Assembly (NCBI RefSeq): GCF_963921235.1
Contig: NC_086097.1
Span: 116,934,001 to 116,998,000 of the forward strand
Source: Mobula hypostoma
Lineage: Eukaryota
Direction of reading: 5' to 3'
DNA length: 64,000 bases
Positions 1 through 12,362 of the stretch are shown here, one piece after another. Under the pieces are notes generated by a model that was given only the letters and a program-made list of their open reading frames with translations, was not told the DNA's origin and did not search any database. Position numbers and translations under genes: made by a program. Position 1 is the first letter of the stretch, and every line of letters starts with the position of its first letter.

Positions 1-248
1 TTATTCAGCTTGTCATACTCACTCCTCTACCTCGTAATGAATAGGATTACAGTCCCTGCAGTAGGCTTACATGGACACAAGTTTTCGAGCAAGGTTGGGA
101 GCTGATGGAAGTTTGCACTCTCTCGCTTGATTCCACAAGTAATCTATGGTCATGGTTATTCAGGGAAGCAGCTCTGAAATTTGGAAATGAACCTTGTGCA
201 GGAATCCCAAAGTTACTGTCAGGGGTTAATTGTTGGTCATGCATTGTT

Positions 249-721
249 GGTGGCCAAGCATTTTAATTCCCATTCCCATTCCCATCTTGACATGTCAGTT
301 CATAGCCTCCTCTAGTGCCTCAGGGTGGAGGAGCAGCACCTTATATTCCGTCTGGGCATCCTCCAATATGTTGGCATGAATATTGATTTCTCTTTCTGGT
401 AATTTTTTTCTCTCCCCCTCCTCTCTTCTTCTGGCCCCCACTCCGGCCTCTGTTGACCTGCATATCACCTACCCTGGTGCCTCTCCTTCTTCCCATTCTC
501 CTATGGTCGACTCTGCTCTCCTGTCAAATTCCTTCTTCACCGTCCCTTTCACCTTTCACCTTCTAGCTAGCCTCCTCCCCCTCCCCCCACCTATTCATTC
601 TGTCATCTTCTCCCTTCCTTTCCGGTCCTGAAGAAGGGCCTCAGCCCCTAAACATTGACTGTTTATTCATTTCCATTGATACTGCCTGACCTGCTGCATT
701 CCTCTAGCATTTTGTGTGTGT
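249..721 (+). mobile_element. Penelope-like element 3' fragment with degenerate hammerhead motif
   Basis: Encodes EEQHLIFRLGILQ..GMNIDFS, matching the C-terminus of ORF 42675-44135. Followed by a pyrimidine-rich tract, GTCCTGAAGAAGGG..CCCTAAAC (~626-653) and the shared gctgcctgacctgctg tail. Confidence 0.85.
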
Positions 722-1811
722 TACTAGGCATTGAACTAGCAACCTTCTCACTCAAAATCAAAGCTGTTGTTATAAAGCTAGTGTGGCTGTCAAAGCAACG
801 AAGTACAGAGATGAGGAGGGGGCCGGCCAGCATTTATTGCCTATCCGTAATTGTGCTTAAAATACGATGGTGAGATGCTTTATCGATGTTCTACAGTTCT
901 TCAAATGTAGGTCCTCCCATAGCGCTATAGGGAAGGCAGTTCCAGGAATCGCACCAGTGATCTTCAGCTGTAAGTCCTCCCATAGTGCTCCCTCCTCACA
1001 GCTCTCCCCCAGCTCCCCACTTCTCCCTGCTTCTTCTAATCCCTCGCTGGCTGTCCGTAACTGTACACTATTTCTATTTCTCCTACCAGAGCTAATTTCT
1101 CATTTCTCTTTGTGAACCCTGCTTGTGCACATTTGAAAGCTGCAGACGCAGTGTTTTAAATTTTCATTCCATTGACCCTGATTGATGAACTATTGTGGAG
1201 AAGTATCTGTGATTTTATTTTTTCTTGTATGTGCTGACCTGTGCAAAGATTTTCCATATTCTGTTCATTAACACGGAACTATAGGCAATTAGTTGCTGTG
1301 AGCCCATGCAAGCAATTCATTTGGAGAGTGTAATCTTCCTAAATGATTATTAAAAGATGATAAAGGACTTCTGTAGTACATTAGCCTGGATTCAGGTGCA
1401 GATGTGAAGGCATTGCGTTCATAGATACATTAATTTTAATGCTCATGATTAATTGTTTATAAAGCTATCACACAGAGGCAAGTATGGAAAGATGCTTAGA
1501 GACATTTCTCTCATTTGATGTGCAGTCACTTTAAGTATTCTGAGCCTGAAGGCCAAGTTTACAAAAAGCTGACATCACAGAATTCCCTTGCTGAATATGG
1601 CATGTTACATTGCAGTGCATTGAATGGGTAACTCATCTGTTTGAAGTGGAGTTGAAACATTACAATCCAGCTTAGATCAGTTGTAATTGTGGGTTATAAT
1701 CACTATAAACTTGGGCTGTGCTCAAAACTGTATTTCAGCTTTAGGTCAAGATTTTATATTGAAATATGATGTGCGAATTGTAGTAATTTTACTTTTATTT
1801 CTCTCATACAG

Positions 1812-2392
1812 AAAAACGAAAAGCTAACCTGCTGGACCAGCTTACCAACACGAGTGGGACTATAATTGGGATCACATCTTTCATTGTGATTATCCTCATT
1901 GTTATCTCTGTTATTGTTCAACTCAAACAGCCGCGCAAAAAATTCATCCAAAGAAAACCAGACTTTGACCAAACAGTTTTTCAGGAGGTTTTTGAGCCTA
2001 CACACTATGAACTCTGTTCGCTTAAAGGAAAGGGGGCTGCAGCTGATCTAGGGGACATTGTAGATGACTTTGACAACTACCATAAACTGAGGCGATCGTC
2101 TTCTAAATGCATTCATGACCATCACTGTGGTTCCCAGATATCTAGCATTAAAGGTAGCCGTAGTAACCTCAGCACCCGTGATGCCACCATCCTCTCGGAA
2201 ATCCAGCCACAGCCAGTGAAGCCCAGTGTGCAGTCATTAAGTCGGCGGAATATCCTGGTCATGAAGCACAGCTACTCACAGGATGCGGCAGATGCATGTG
2301 ATATTGATGAAATCGAAGAAGTCCCAACTACGAGTCACAGGCTGTCCAGAAATGATAAGGCTGTCCAGCGGTCAGTATCAATTGATTTTTGA
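1812..2392 (+). CDS. NETO1: Neuropilin and tolloid-like 1, exon encoding TM helix and cytoplasmic tail (partial gene; upstream exons outside window)
   Basis: Polypyrimidine tract and CAG acceptor end at 1811 (phase 1). Translation (E)[115 protein letters not shown] closely matches the vertebrate NETO1 C-terminus as I recall it. Stop TGA at 2390-2392 followed by TAA. Confidence 0.95.
2371..2376 (+). promoter_or_regulatory. Internal alternative 5' splice donor (CAGCG|GTCAGT)
   Basis: Good donor consensus directly after AVQR, the point where mammalian NETO1 continues with FCLIG..TTRV. Phase 2. Confidence 0.7.
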
Positions 2393-4049
2393 TAAAGACT
2401 AATCATAAACAAGGATTCCACTATCCATCGTAATCATCTTGTCAAATCCAGTCTTTTCTATTTTAGTCTTCTTTTCATTTTCGATTACGGCAGACATGCA
2501 TGCACAATGGTACTTTGGGAAACTTTGTTAGCAGTTAACCTAAACAGAAAGTGAAAGAGAAATCTCTTCATAAATTGTAAATTGACAAGGGGTCTCCAGT
2601 CATTGAGTCTCTTCATAAATACTAAACTGACAAGAAGACAAGATGTAAACAAACATTGCAACTTGATTCAGCAGCATTCTGATCTGCTTTCTAATCTCTG
2701 AAGGGAGAGTTAATCATAAATTCTCAAGCTAAGGGGAAAGTAATTATCGTGCAGTCTATTTAATCCCGACAGAGGTTTTAAAGCTGTAGATGTTGAATGC
2801 AGTTTGTAGCGGACTCATCAGCAATGCCCATCCCAACTCTTCGTTCAAATCAGCAACCAACAGGTTCAGAGAATGGCTGGTTCGGATTTGTGGCTGTTCT
2901 CTGCACAGTCCAAACTCCAGCAACATTTGGTAGCTTTAGGAGGTGAAGAGACCACATATCCTCTTGTGATAAATATTACAATTATGTGATTAAACAACAA
3001 GCTTAGTGAGTGGAAGATAATTCAAGAGTATCCACTAAAACCAAAGAGAGTTCTGTAGTGTAAATATTATCTAACAGGAATGCATGTTATAGATATATTA
3101 ATAGGATGGGAACTTGCTATATTGCTTCAGACCTAGCGAAACGTAAAACTATTTCTATTTCACTCTCAATATATGAAAGGGGTATAAGAATGTCGGAATT
3201 GGAAGGAAAAAGACAAGAGCAACTTTTTAATTATATTGCTGCAAGGCTGATGATTTTTAAAAATATTAACAGAAATGATATAATCATTCATTTCTTTGCT
3301 TATTGTATAAGCTACTTTGGACTATTTATAATATATACACATCAATATACTCTATATTCAGACCTGGTGCATATAAACCATCACATGCTAGGTTAATAGC
3401 ACATAACAAGAACAGTGCATGAATCAATAATTTTGATAAAGTAAAATGAAAGATTAACTATTTTTTATCACTTACAGCACCTTGCATATTTCACAGGAGA
3501 ATCTGAAGTGAAAGGTTCTAGAAAAAGTGAATTAACTTACCTTTTGATAAATGTAAATAATTTATTATTATATGACAAGCAGGCAACCTCAGGCATCAAG
3601 AGCTTTAAATTTGCATTTTATGCTATTTTAGTAGTTCATCAGCAGTTCATTTTGTTCAATATTTAACCTCAATGAATATGTTTTGCAGCAGATAGTTTTC
3701 CCTGCTAAGACAACTTTTCTATGTTGACACACCTGACAGCACGGATCAAACGTATGCATGAAAAAGATCATATAAATGAAGTCATAAAGCATCAGAGATA
3801 TCTATATCCATGTACAAAGTGACTTCTACTCTCTTGTACCATCTGTGAACAATCTTGTGTGTTTTATTGTTGGCTGGAACCAAAAAAATTGCAGAGAAAT
3901 GCACATGGTATTTAAAATTTAGCGTAGACTTCCTGTTTAGCTGCATGGTCTGAGCATCTTGTTTGGTAGTGGCTGAACGTTACATTCTGCTGACAAATTT
4001 AGGTGCCATTAACGTCAATACAATTGAATTCAATTTTAGAAGCAGAGTA

Positions 4050-4385
4050 TTTGGCACAGCCACAAGACATGGGAGCAGAATTGGGCTATTCGGCCCACCA
4101 AGCCTGCTCCACCATTCCATCACGTCTGATTTATCATCCCTCTCAAGCCCTTCTCCTGCCTTGTCACCAAAACATTAAACACCCTTACTAATCAAGTACC
4201 TATCAAACTCTGTTTTAAATCTACCCAGTGACTTGGCCTCCAAAGCTGTCTGTGGCAATGAATTCCACAGATTTACCTCCCTCTGGCGAAAGGAATTCTT
4301 TCTCATCTCTGTTCTAAAGGGACATCCTTGTATCCTGAGACTATGCACTCTGGTCCTGGACCCCTCCCCCTACTACTGTAAACAT
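4050..4385 (-). mobile_element. CR1 LINE 3' fragment
   Basis: Homologous to the 3' end of the CR1 at 28211-28520 (ctgtggcaatgaattccacagatttacc). Confidence 0.8.
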
Positions 4386-4929
4386 CCACTTTATGTAGGT
4401 CTTATGGTAGGTTTCAGTGAGTTTCAATGTATTGAAACTTCCATGGTAGTGACCAAATGCAAATTTCTACCTATCTGACTGCAAGTTCAAGTCAAATCTC
4501 TAAATCAAAATTGTTGAACTTGTTTCTGCAGAATGTGGTGACACCTTTCATTTAGGATTCTAGTATGCATCATTCATTTCACCAATGTATTGGGCAAGTT
4601 CATTTGAGGATCAATGCAATTTGATTTCCCTCCATGTTTCTGCAGTCATGACCTGAGCTTGAGGAGAATGAAAACAAAACACATTGCTGATGTCAAGTAC
4701 TGTCGTCGATGTGATGTTCAGAAAGTGCTTTCCCATAACCATAAAATAGTGCTGCAGAATTTAAAAATATAAATACTAAGAATTGTCTCTTTAAATGTTC
4801 CTTCAAATTTATTTGCCGAATTGGTAGCTTAGTGCTACAACATTAGGTTTGCCAGTTACTTAACAATCATGAGGAAGACAATCAATATTTGTGATGTGTG
4901 AAGTTGCAAACAGAGTGACAAAGAAATAC

Positions 4930-7200
4930 AATACAGACATGGCCCTTCAGTCCAATCCATCCATGTCAACTAATTTGCTCTCTCAGCTCGTCTCCATTTC
5001 CTGTGTTCAACCTGTATCCCCAGTTACTTCTCAAATGATACTACTGTACCTGTCCTAACCACTTCTCCTGGCAGTTCATTCCAGATGCTTACCACGCTCT
5101 GTGTGAAAAACGTTGCCCTTCAAGTCCCTTTTAACACTTTTCCTTATCACCCGAAACCTCTGCCCTCTAGTTTGGATTTCCCTCAAGACACTAAAGAGTA
5201 TCTATCATCCACCTTATATGTGCCCATCATAATCTAAACATCTCTGTAACGTTGCCTCATTTTCCTATGTTCCTAGGAATAAAGACTTAACCTGGCCAGC
5301 CTTTCCCTATAATCTTGGAAGCATCCTTGTATATCTTTCTGCTTTAACCCCATTTTGCCTTTAGAGGATGATCAGAACTGTACACAATATGCCAGGTGTG
5401 GCCTCATCAATGAGTTATACAACAGCAACGTAATATCCCTACTCTGATGGTCATTCTCCTGGTTGAAGAAAACCAGTGTGTTCAGTACCTTTTCAACTAT
5501 TCTGATGACCGCTGGCACCACTTTCAATGAGCTATGCTGGGTATCTCTGTTCCATTACTTAGTGCCCTACCATTCATTGTATAATCCCACATTGGTTTGA
5601 CTTTTCAAAATGCGTCATCTCACAATTTTCTGCATTGAAATCCATTTTCTGCTCTTTGGCCTACTTCACTGTCTGATCAACATCCCCTGGTTATCAATGT
5701 TAACTTTCTTCACAATCAGCAGCACCTCCTTGTTTCACATCCTCCAGAAACATACTGATCAAGCCTTGTGCATTTGCATGCAAATCATTTGCAGTGTATA
5801 AATAACAAGTAGCAAGCATCCCAACACTGACTTCTGGGGCACATCACTTGTTACCAGAAAACAACCATTAGCCACCAATCTCTGCTTTCTGCCTCTGAGC
5901 TAATTTTGAATATATCTAATTCTCTCTTTCTGGCTATCCATCCCATAGGATGATGGTTCCTTTCAGTCAGTTAGTGGGATTGACCCCACTCCTCAGAAAG
6001 GAACAACGTGTGCGTGAATAGATTTTAGGTGAGTAGGGGGTTGCACAGGTCCAGACCCACCCTCTCTACATCCCCTCCCGGATCCAGCGGCATGGTGGGG
6101 TCCAAGACGGCTGGGGGAAGTTCTATTGCAGTGAATGGCCAGACCAAGCTTCGATGCAAGGGATGCCCTTTCCGCGCATCACGGCACGTGTTTGCTAGAT
6201 GGCCGTTGACCCTACGAGAGGGTTCATCCGCCCTTTGATGGGTCTTGTTTTTCATCCTGCAGTGTGGCTAGCCACCCTCCTCACCAGGCAAGCCTGGTGG
6301 GGGAGCCGGTTTAGTCGCTGACCACCGGACCATGCGACAGGTAGTACTGGGTTACATGGTACCAGTAGCACTCAGACGAGTGACCTGACCAGAACTATCT
6401 AACTAGCTCACCCTGGATTCTATGGGACCTACCTTTCCAGACAAGCCTGCCACGTGGGACCTCATCAAAAGCCTTACTAGAGTCATAGAAAAGTACAGCA
6501 CCAAAACCTGTTCTTCAGTCCAACTAGTCTGTACTGGACCATTTAAACTGCCTACACCTGTCGACCTGCACATAGCCGTCAATACCCCTACCATCCATGT
6601 ACATACCCAAACTTCTCTTAAATGTTGAAATAAAGCTCGCATGCCCCACTTGTTCTCCTTAAGCTTTTCATCTTTCACCTTTAACCCATGACCTTGAGTT
6701 ATATTCTCACCCAACCTCAGTGAAGCAGCGTGGTTGCATTTCCTTATCTATACTCCTCATAAATTCCAAATAGACAACAAAAACTGCCCTATCCTTGCCT
6801 GCCTTTTTAGTTACTTTTTTAAAAACTCTAACAGATTCTCAAAGCATGTCTCCCCATGTTAACTTATCCTAATCAGACTCTGTCTATCCAAATGCTGGTA
6901 GATCCAGTTCATCAGAATTCCTTCCAGTAGCTTCCCCGCCACTGATGTCTGGCTGATCAGCATGGTGCTCCTGGGCTACTTTTTTTAAAGAACAGCCACA
7001 TTCCAGTCTTCAGGAATGTCACCAGTGGCTAATGACAGAGCAAATAGCTCCACAGCACCCTCTGCAGTTTCCTCTTTAGCCTCTCACAATGTCTGAGGAT
7101 GTACTCAATCAGGCCCTGGGGATTTATTCACTTTAATGTGGCATAGGTCTGCAAATACATCCTCCCTGGTAATATGAATGTCCTCCAAAATATCTCCACG
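4930..7200 (-). mobile_element. Decayed CR1 LINE with nested insertions
   Basis: CR1 3'-end and RT remnants (aactgtacacaata, gtgggacctcatcaaaagcctt, atcaggccctggggattt). Interrupted at 5920-6395 and by a second CR1 tail at ~6480-6765. Confidence 0.75.
5920..6395 (-). mobile_element. Short GC-rich non-autonomous retroposon, family unassigned
   Basis: CpG-retaining insert inside a CR1. Flanked by TATCTAA (5913-5919 and 6396-6402), with a purine-rich tail on the minus strand and several hairpins. Confidence 0.55.
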
Positions 7201-7679
7201 CCTTTCTCTCATCTCTTGAAAGTATGATATGTTTTTTTTTCTTGTCTTACTTATTTTACTTATGACAGTGCATTAGAAGAAGTTTTCCCTTAATGGATGT
7301 AATATTGAGCAATAAAAATATTCTGATTTCTGCTTAAGAAAAATGTTCTGAAGTTGGTACAGAAATTTCTTTGTTGAAGTATTGCTATTTTAAACTATCT
7401 ACAGTACAATTATTAGTATAGAGCCTTGTAAGAAAATGTATTTCTAAAGCTGATCTACACATGCAAAATATTACTTGCTTGACTAAGCTCTCTGTTAAGG
7501 AAACAGTTGACTATTATACTATTTATAAAACTTTTTAAATTAGCAGCAATATTTTGCAAAATAAAAATTAATGCTCCTGTGAACAGTGCTGATCCATAAG
7601 GGAACTGAGTCTCTATATTGTTGTCCATCTCCAGTTAAGTCAGTTCCACTAGGTTATTAACTAGAGTTACACGTTCAAA

Positions 7680-8130
7680 AACACAAGGACACAAGTCCAT
7701 AAGCAATCAGCCATTCAACCCCACAAACTACTACTCAACATGATCATGGCAAATTCCACCCCCCCCACCCCGGTCTCACCTCCTCTTTTATGCCAGTTCC
7801 CCACAGATCTCATTTTCCCAATTTTTCATAAAAATAGTTAATTCCTCTTTATTTTCATCCAATAATATTCACTCCCTAACTTTCTGGGGTAAAGAGCTCT
7901 AGCAATTTTCGATTCTCTGTGAGAACTTTCTATGCTTCTCAGTTTTAGATGACTGCCTAACGTTGTGGCTGTTTACCCTCACTAGTATGAATGTTTACCT
8001 TGTTATATTGTACTCTCTCAGGATCTTACATGTTTCAATAAGATCACCCTTTATCCTTCTAAAGTGCTAAGAACATAGATTTAGACACTCACAATAAAGC
8101 AACTCTCTCATACCTGAGAGTAGTTTAAAC
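7680..8130 (-). mobile_element. CR1 LINE 3' fragment, decayed
   Basis: Similar to other CR1 tails (gccattcaacccc, catgatcatggc, gtttcaataagatcaccc). Confidence 0.65.
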
Positions 8131-8549
8131 TGCCATTGGACTGAAGGTACAGTGAGGCTATGTCATATAGTAAATTAAATATTTTACTAGCCATTTAATA
8201 ATTGGATTTTAATAAAGAAGAAACATTAATTGATCTAAGATACAACTTCCTTGTCCTTTTACTTCCTGTGCTAAATTATATACACATTGTGAAGAGTTTA
8301 GTGCAGATTATATAGATCTCAAGAAGTGAAAGCACCTAGTATTTTTAGGAGATAGGACTCCTGACAAAATTATTTCATTCCCATTCAATAAGCCATCAGC
8401 ACATGTTTTCTTAGTGCACTAGAGTTCAGATAGAATAGGAAACCTTGCAAAACTTAAAAATCTTTCAAGCTAAATAATTTAGGGTAGAACTTATCGATAG
8501 TGGGAAATGTGCTTCAGGCAGTGAAGGTGAAGAACTACCATAGTCGGCA

Positions 8550-8675
8550 AGCAAAAAATGCTGGAAGAACTCAGCAGGGCAGGCAGCATCTACGGAGAGG
8601 GTAATTAGTTGACTATTTATCCTCCAGCATTCTGTGTTTGTTGCCCTGGATTTCCAGCATCTGCAGAATCCCTTG
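8550..8675. mobile_element. Fold-back miniature element derived from the Penelope-like tail
   Basis: aaaatgctggaagaactcagcagggcaggcagcatcta followed by the inverted cctccagcatt..ctggatttccagcatctgcagaatc. Confidence 0.7.
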
Positions 8676-9020
8676 TCATAGAGTTATAAGGTGATAGTGC
8701 ACAACAACACAGAAACAGGCCCTTTGGCCCATCTAGTCCATGTGGAAATATTAATCTGCCTAGTCTCATGGATCTGAACCCAGACTGCAGCCCTCCATAC
8801 TTCTCCCATCCACATCCCCATAATCCACAACTTCCGTTATCAGCTCATTCCACATTCTCACCACCCTCTAAGATCAGGTTCCCCTTAAGTATCTCACCTT
8901 TCACCTTTAATCCATAACTTCTAGTTCTAGTCTCACCCAACAGTGGAAAAAGCCTACTTGTATATATCCTATCTGTACCCCTCATAATTTTGTATACCAA
9001 ATCTCCCCTCATTCACCCAT
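8676..9020 (-). mobile_element. CR1 LINE 3' fragment
   Basis: Matches the CR1 tail at 41190-41560 (cacagaaacaggccctttggccc, agtggaaaaagcct). Confidence 0.75.
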
Positions 9021-9116
9021 GCATGTTTATGATTCAAGGCCATTTCCGTTAATTGTACATTGTGTATTGAACCTACTGATTCATTGTGTTACATCTAAAT
9101 TATTTTCATTATATAG

Positions 9117-9204
9117 ACTGCTTGAGAATAATGTGCTGCTGGATGATTTTGAACATGCATCAAAGAATTTTGAAATTATGGACGTTGGTCACACGCCAGC
9201 ATGA
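9117..9204 (+). CDS. Candidate alternative terminal coding exon of NETO1
   Basis: TAG acceptor ending at 9116 after a T-rich tract. Phase-2 compatible with the donor at 2370/2371, giving R-LLENNVLLDDFEHASKNFEIMDVGHTPA*. No homology evidence. Confidence 0.25.
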
Positions 9205-11248
9205 GTCTCTTGGACATCTATTTATCGCCTGTTTCCTGAACCAAATGTGATGTGCAGTAATGCTGCAAAGACCAGTCATGGTGTAGCCTTGTGTCATTGC
9301 TGCAGCCGGATCCGGGATGGTACAGATATGCATTTATATGTTTAAAACAAATACAGGCTGAAGGTGGAGTGCAGTGATGGAAGATGAGGCTTCGGGACAC
9401 AGTATCTCAGCACTGGCGAGTAACTCCACAAACTCAACATAAATTAAACTACAATATGTCCGAAGTGGAGCTTCATAGAATCTGGGTGTTTTATCTTTTC
9501 TGTTTCATCACAATTCCAATTAATTTTAAGTAATATGAGTTCTATTTAGTCAGCTTCTTTTTGCTTCTTTGCTGGTAAATTGTTACCTACAATTGGAAAG
9601 TTTCATTTGTCCATGATAGAGAATGATAAAGTAATATAGTTAATTCTTTTAATGTTACTTACATCATTAATGTGTTTAGTACACAATAATATGCAATAAT
9701 TGCTTTACTGTAGCTTATCATAGAGGACAATGACATCCTAGATTACTTGTAAAACCTGAGATTCTAAAGACAACTCTTACAGTAGGTCCCAATTAATTAT
9801 AAAGGGATCTCAATATATTTTCAGGGAAGATTGAAACCTATGGAGTTATTCACAGCTTAGAACTAACATTTTTTTAACAGTATTGCTACTCATGCTTTTT
9901 ATCCTTCCACTTCCATATCTTGCTTTTTCAGTCGACTACATGCCAGAACAATTGAGGAAAATTGAGACCTGTTGTAAAGCAAAATTTATAAGTAATATTA
10001 ATTTGTTAGTGTTTGCCAGTATTGACTGATTGAACATGATAAACACGGTTGATTCCTGAAAAAAAAGTTGTCGCAAACTGATCATAGATAGGATATACAA
10101 CTGTCATTCATTTGTTGAACATGTTTTTATCAATGGGTACAAGTTGCACAATACTGTACACTGCGCATTGCACTGGAATTACATGCATTTCTTTCGACAG
10201 ATTCATGAAGTTGTATTTTTATCAATCGAGGCAAATAACAATACATTTCTACAGTATGAAGTGATAGTATGACAGAAAATGTAAACCTTTTTTGCATGAA
10301 TTTGTATGAATATCCACTTTTGTCTAAAATCTTGGCCCAAGGCAATGTGTATGGGTGAATATACGCTTTTGACTGACGAACTTTGCAATTGATAAGACAA
10401 ATCTTCATTTTATTGTGCAACATATTCCTTTATGATGGGGGATAAGCAAAGGGATGGAGGAGAATTTTCTGATAATGTGTCATGATTAGCCAGCATATAG
10501 GTGCTAAGAATTGCTAGCTTTGCTGGGAATTTCTCAGGAAGTGTACTTCTCAAAAACCCTCAGATCCTGCATTCGAGAACTTTTGTGTTGTTGGATAAAA
10601 CTGCTAAAGACAGCATAGGAATAGAGTATTCTGTGGTGTTCTACTGAGATCCTTGCATGTTATTGAAAAGATCTCAGTAATTCTGGCTATAAAAAAAAGT
10701 ATAAAACTATTTTTCCTCAACAAAGGGCAATGAAAAACTAAAGTGAAAATTTTGGATGGTTAGTACTCATTTTGGGGTGATAGCAGTGTTCTTAGAACTC
10801 AAAGCTGACGTATGGCGTATACATTAACATACCTGTGGGGCAAATTGTGCCAGGCGCCACTCAGGCACACAACTTGAACACCTGCTGAGCATTTTACGAC
10901 ACTAGTTGGCGTTAACTCTAAGTCGATGCTAATGTTTTCCTTTTGGAACTCAGAGTTCCAGCCAACGCCCCTCCTAACCTCACATGTCCGAATCCTCAGA
11001 AAGATGCAGGAAGGGTAGGTCAATGTCACAACATGAATGAATTGGTAACTGACTCTACGTTAATTGGCGGCTGTCTTACTTGGTAGTTGCTACGATTCTA
11101 CTGATGTCTTGTTCTTGCTGCTGTTGTGTCTTGTTATCTAGGTCAAACAAGATTGGCAGATGCTGAAGTGGTTTTTCTGACGTGTAAGGTCCTGTATTCC
11201 AAGCACTGAGTTCATATTTGTTCGCACAATTAATTGGTGAGAAAGACT

Positions 11249-11770
11249 AGAATCAGAATCAGAATCAGTTTTATCATCACTGACATAGGTCATCATATTT
11301 GTTGTTTTGAGGCAGCAGTGCAGAGTAGTACATAAAATATGCTATAAATTACAATCAGAAATGTATACAGTTTATAAAAAAATTTTAAAAAGTAGTGCAA
11401 AAAGGAGTAAAACAGTGAGTTCATTGGCTCAGAAATCTGATGGTGGAGGGGAAGAAATTGTCCCTAAAATGCTGAGTGTGTTGTCTTCAGGCTTCTGTAC
11501 CTCCACTCTGATTGTAGTAATGAGAAGAGAGCATACTTTTGGTATTTGAGGTCTTCAATGATGGATGCCACGTTTTTGAGGGATCATCTTTTTATGATGA
11601 CCTCAATGATTGGGAATCTAGTGCCCATGATGCAGCTGGCTGAGTTTACAGTGCTCTGGAGTTATTTTCTGATCCTGGCCAGCAGCCACTCCATAATAAA
11701 TGGTGGTGCAAGCAGTTAGGTTTTGATGATGGACCAGATCTTCTCAAACTCATCGTGAAATACAACTGCT
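11249..11770 (-). mobile_element. Rex1/Babar-like LINE 3' fragment
   Basis: (AGAATC)n tail followed by the decayed C-terminal region similar to 63205-63820. Confidence 0.65.
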
Positions 11771-12084
11771 CGGAGAAGACAAGGCAGTAAAAAGGAGAGG
11801 ATGAACGTTAAAAAACCTGAACTGAGAGCCATACTGTATTTGCCTAGGGTGTCCATGGATTAATTCTTCATCTGAAATTCCATTGAGGGCATCTCATATG
11901 TCTGTTATAAAGACTTCCTCACTCTGCTTTAAGTCCATAAGGTCTTCCTCACTAGGTGCAGTGCATTCTCCAACTCTAACTGCAGTCTTTCAGTCTTGAT
12001 GAACATTGACCATGAAGATAATCTTGTTTTGAATATTTTATGCATCTGGGCTGAACGTGGAGATTCAGAATATGAAGCAGACTC

Positions 12085-12362
12085 CTTCTTCTTCTCCTTT
12101 CATCTCTTACACCTATCACTTCCCAGCTTCTCACCTCATCCCCCCTTCTCCCAACCTACCCACCTTCTCCCTCATCTGGTTTCACCCATCACCTGCCAGC
12201 TAGTATTCCTTCCACTCCACCCCAGCTTCTTATTTTGGCTTCTTCTCCCTTCCTTTTCAGTCCCAATGAAGGGTCTTGTCCCAAAATGCTGGCTATTTAT
12301 TCCTCTCCATTGATACCACCTGACCTGCTGAGTTCCTCCAGCATTTTGTGTGTGCTGCACAA
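12085..12362 (+). mobile_element. Penelope-like 3' tail fragment with degenerate hammerhead motif
   Basis: agtcccaatgaagggtcttgtcccaaaatg followed by cctgacctgctgagttcctccagcattttgtg. Confidence 0.8.

Larger units (their letters stand above)
2393..7570 (+). other. Putative NETO1 3' UTR or last intron
   Basis: AT-rich unique sequence after the stop, interrupted by CR1 fragments. AATAAA at 7311-7316 and ~7560. The 3' end is uncertain. Confidence 0.4.

Noticed and set aside
1886..2392. ORF-track 168-aa ORF as a standalone gene
   Set aside because: The GTG start is internal to a spliced NETO1 exon that begins at 1812.
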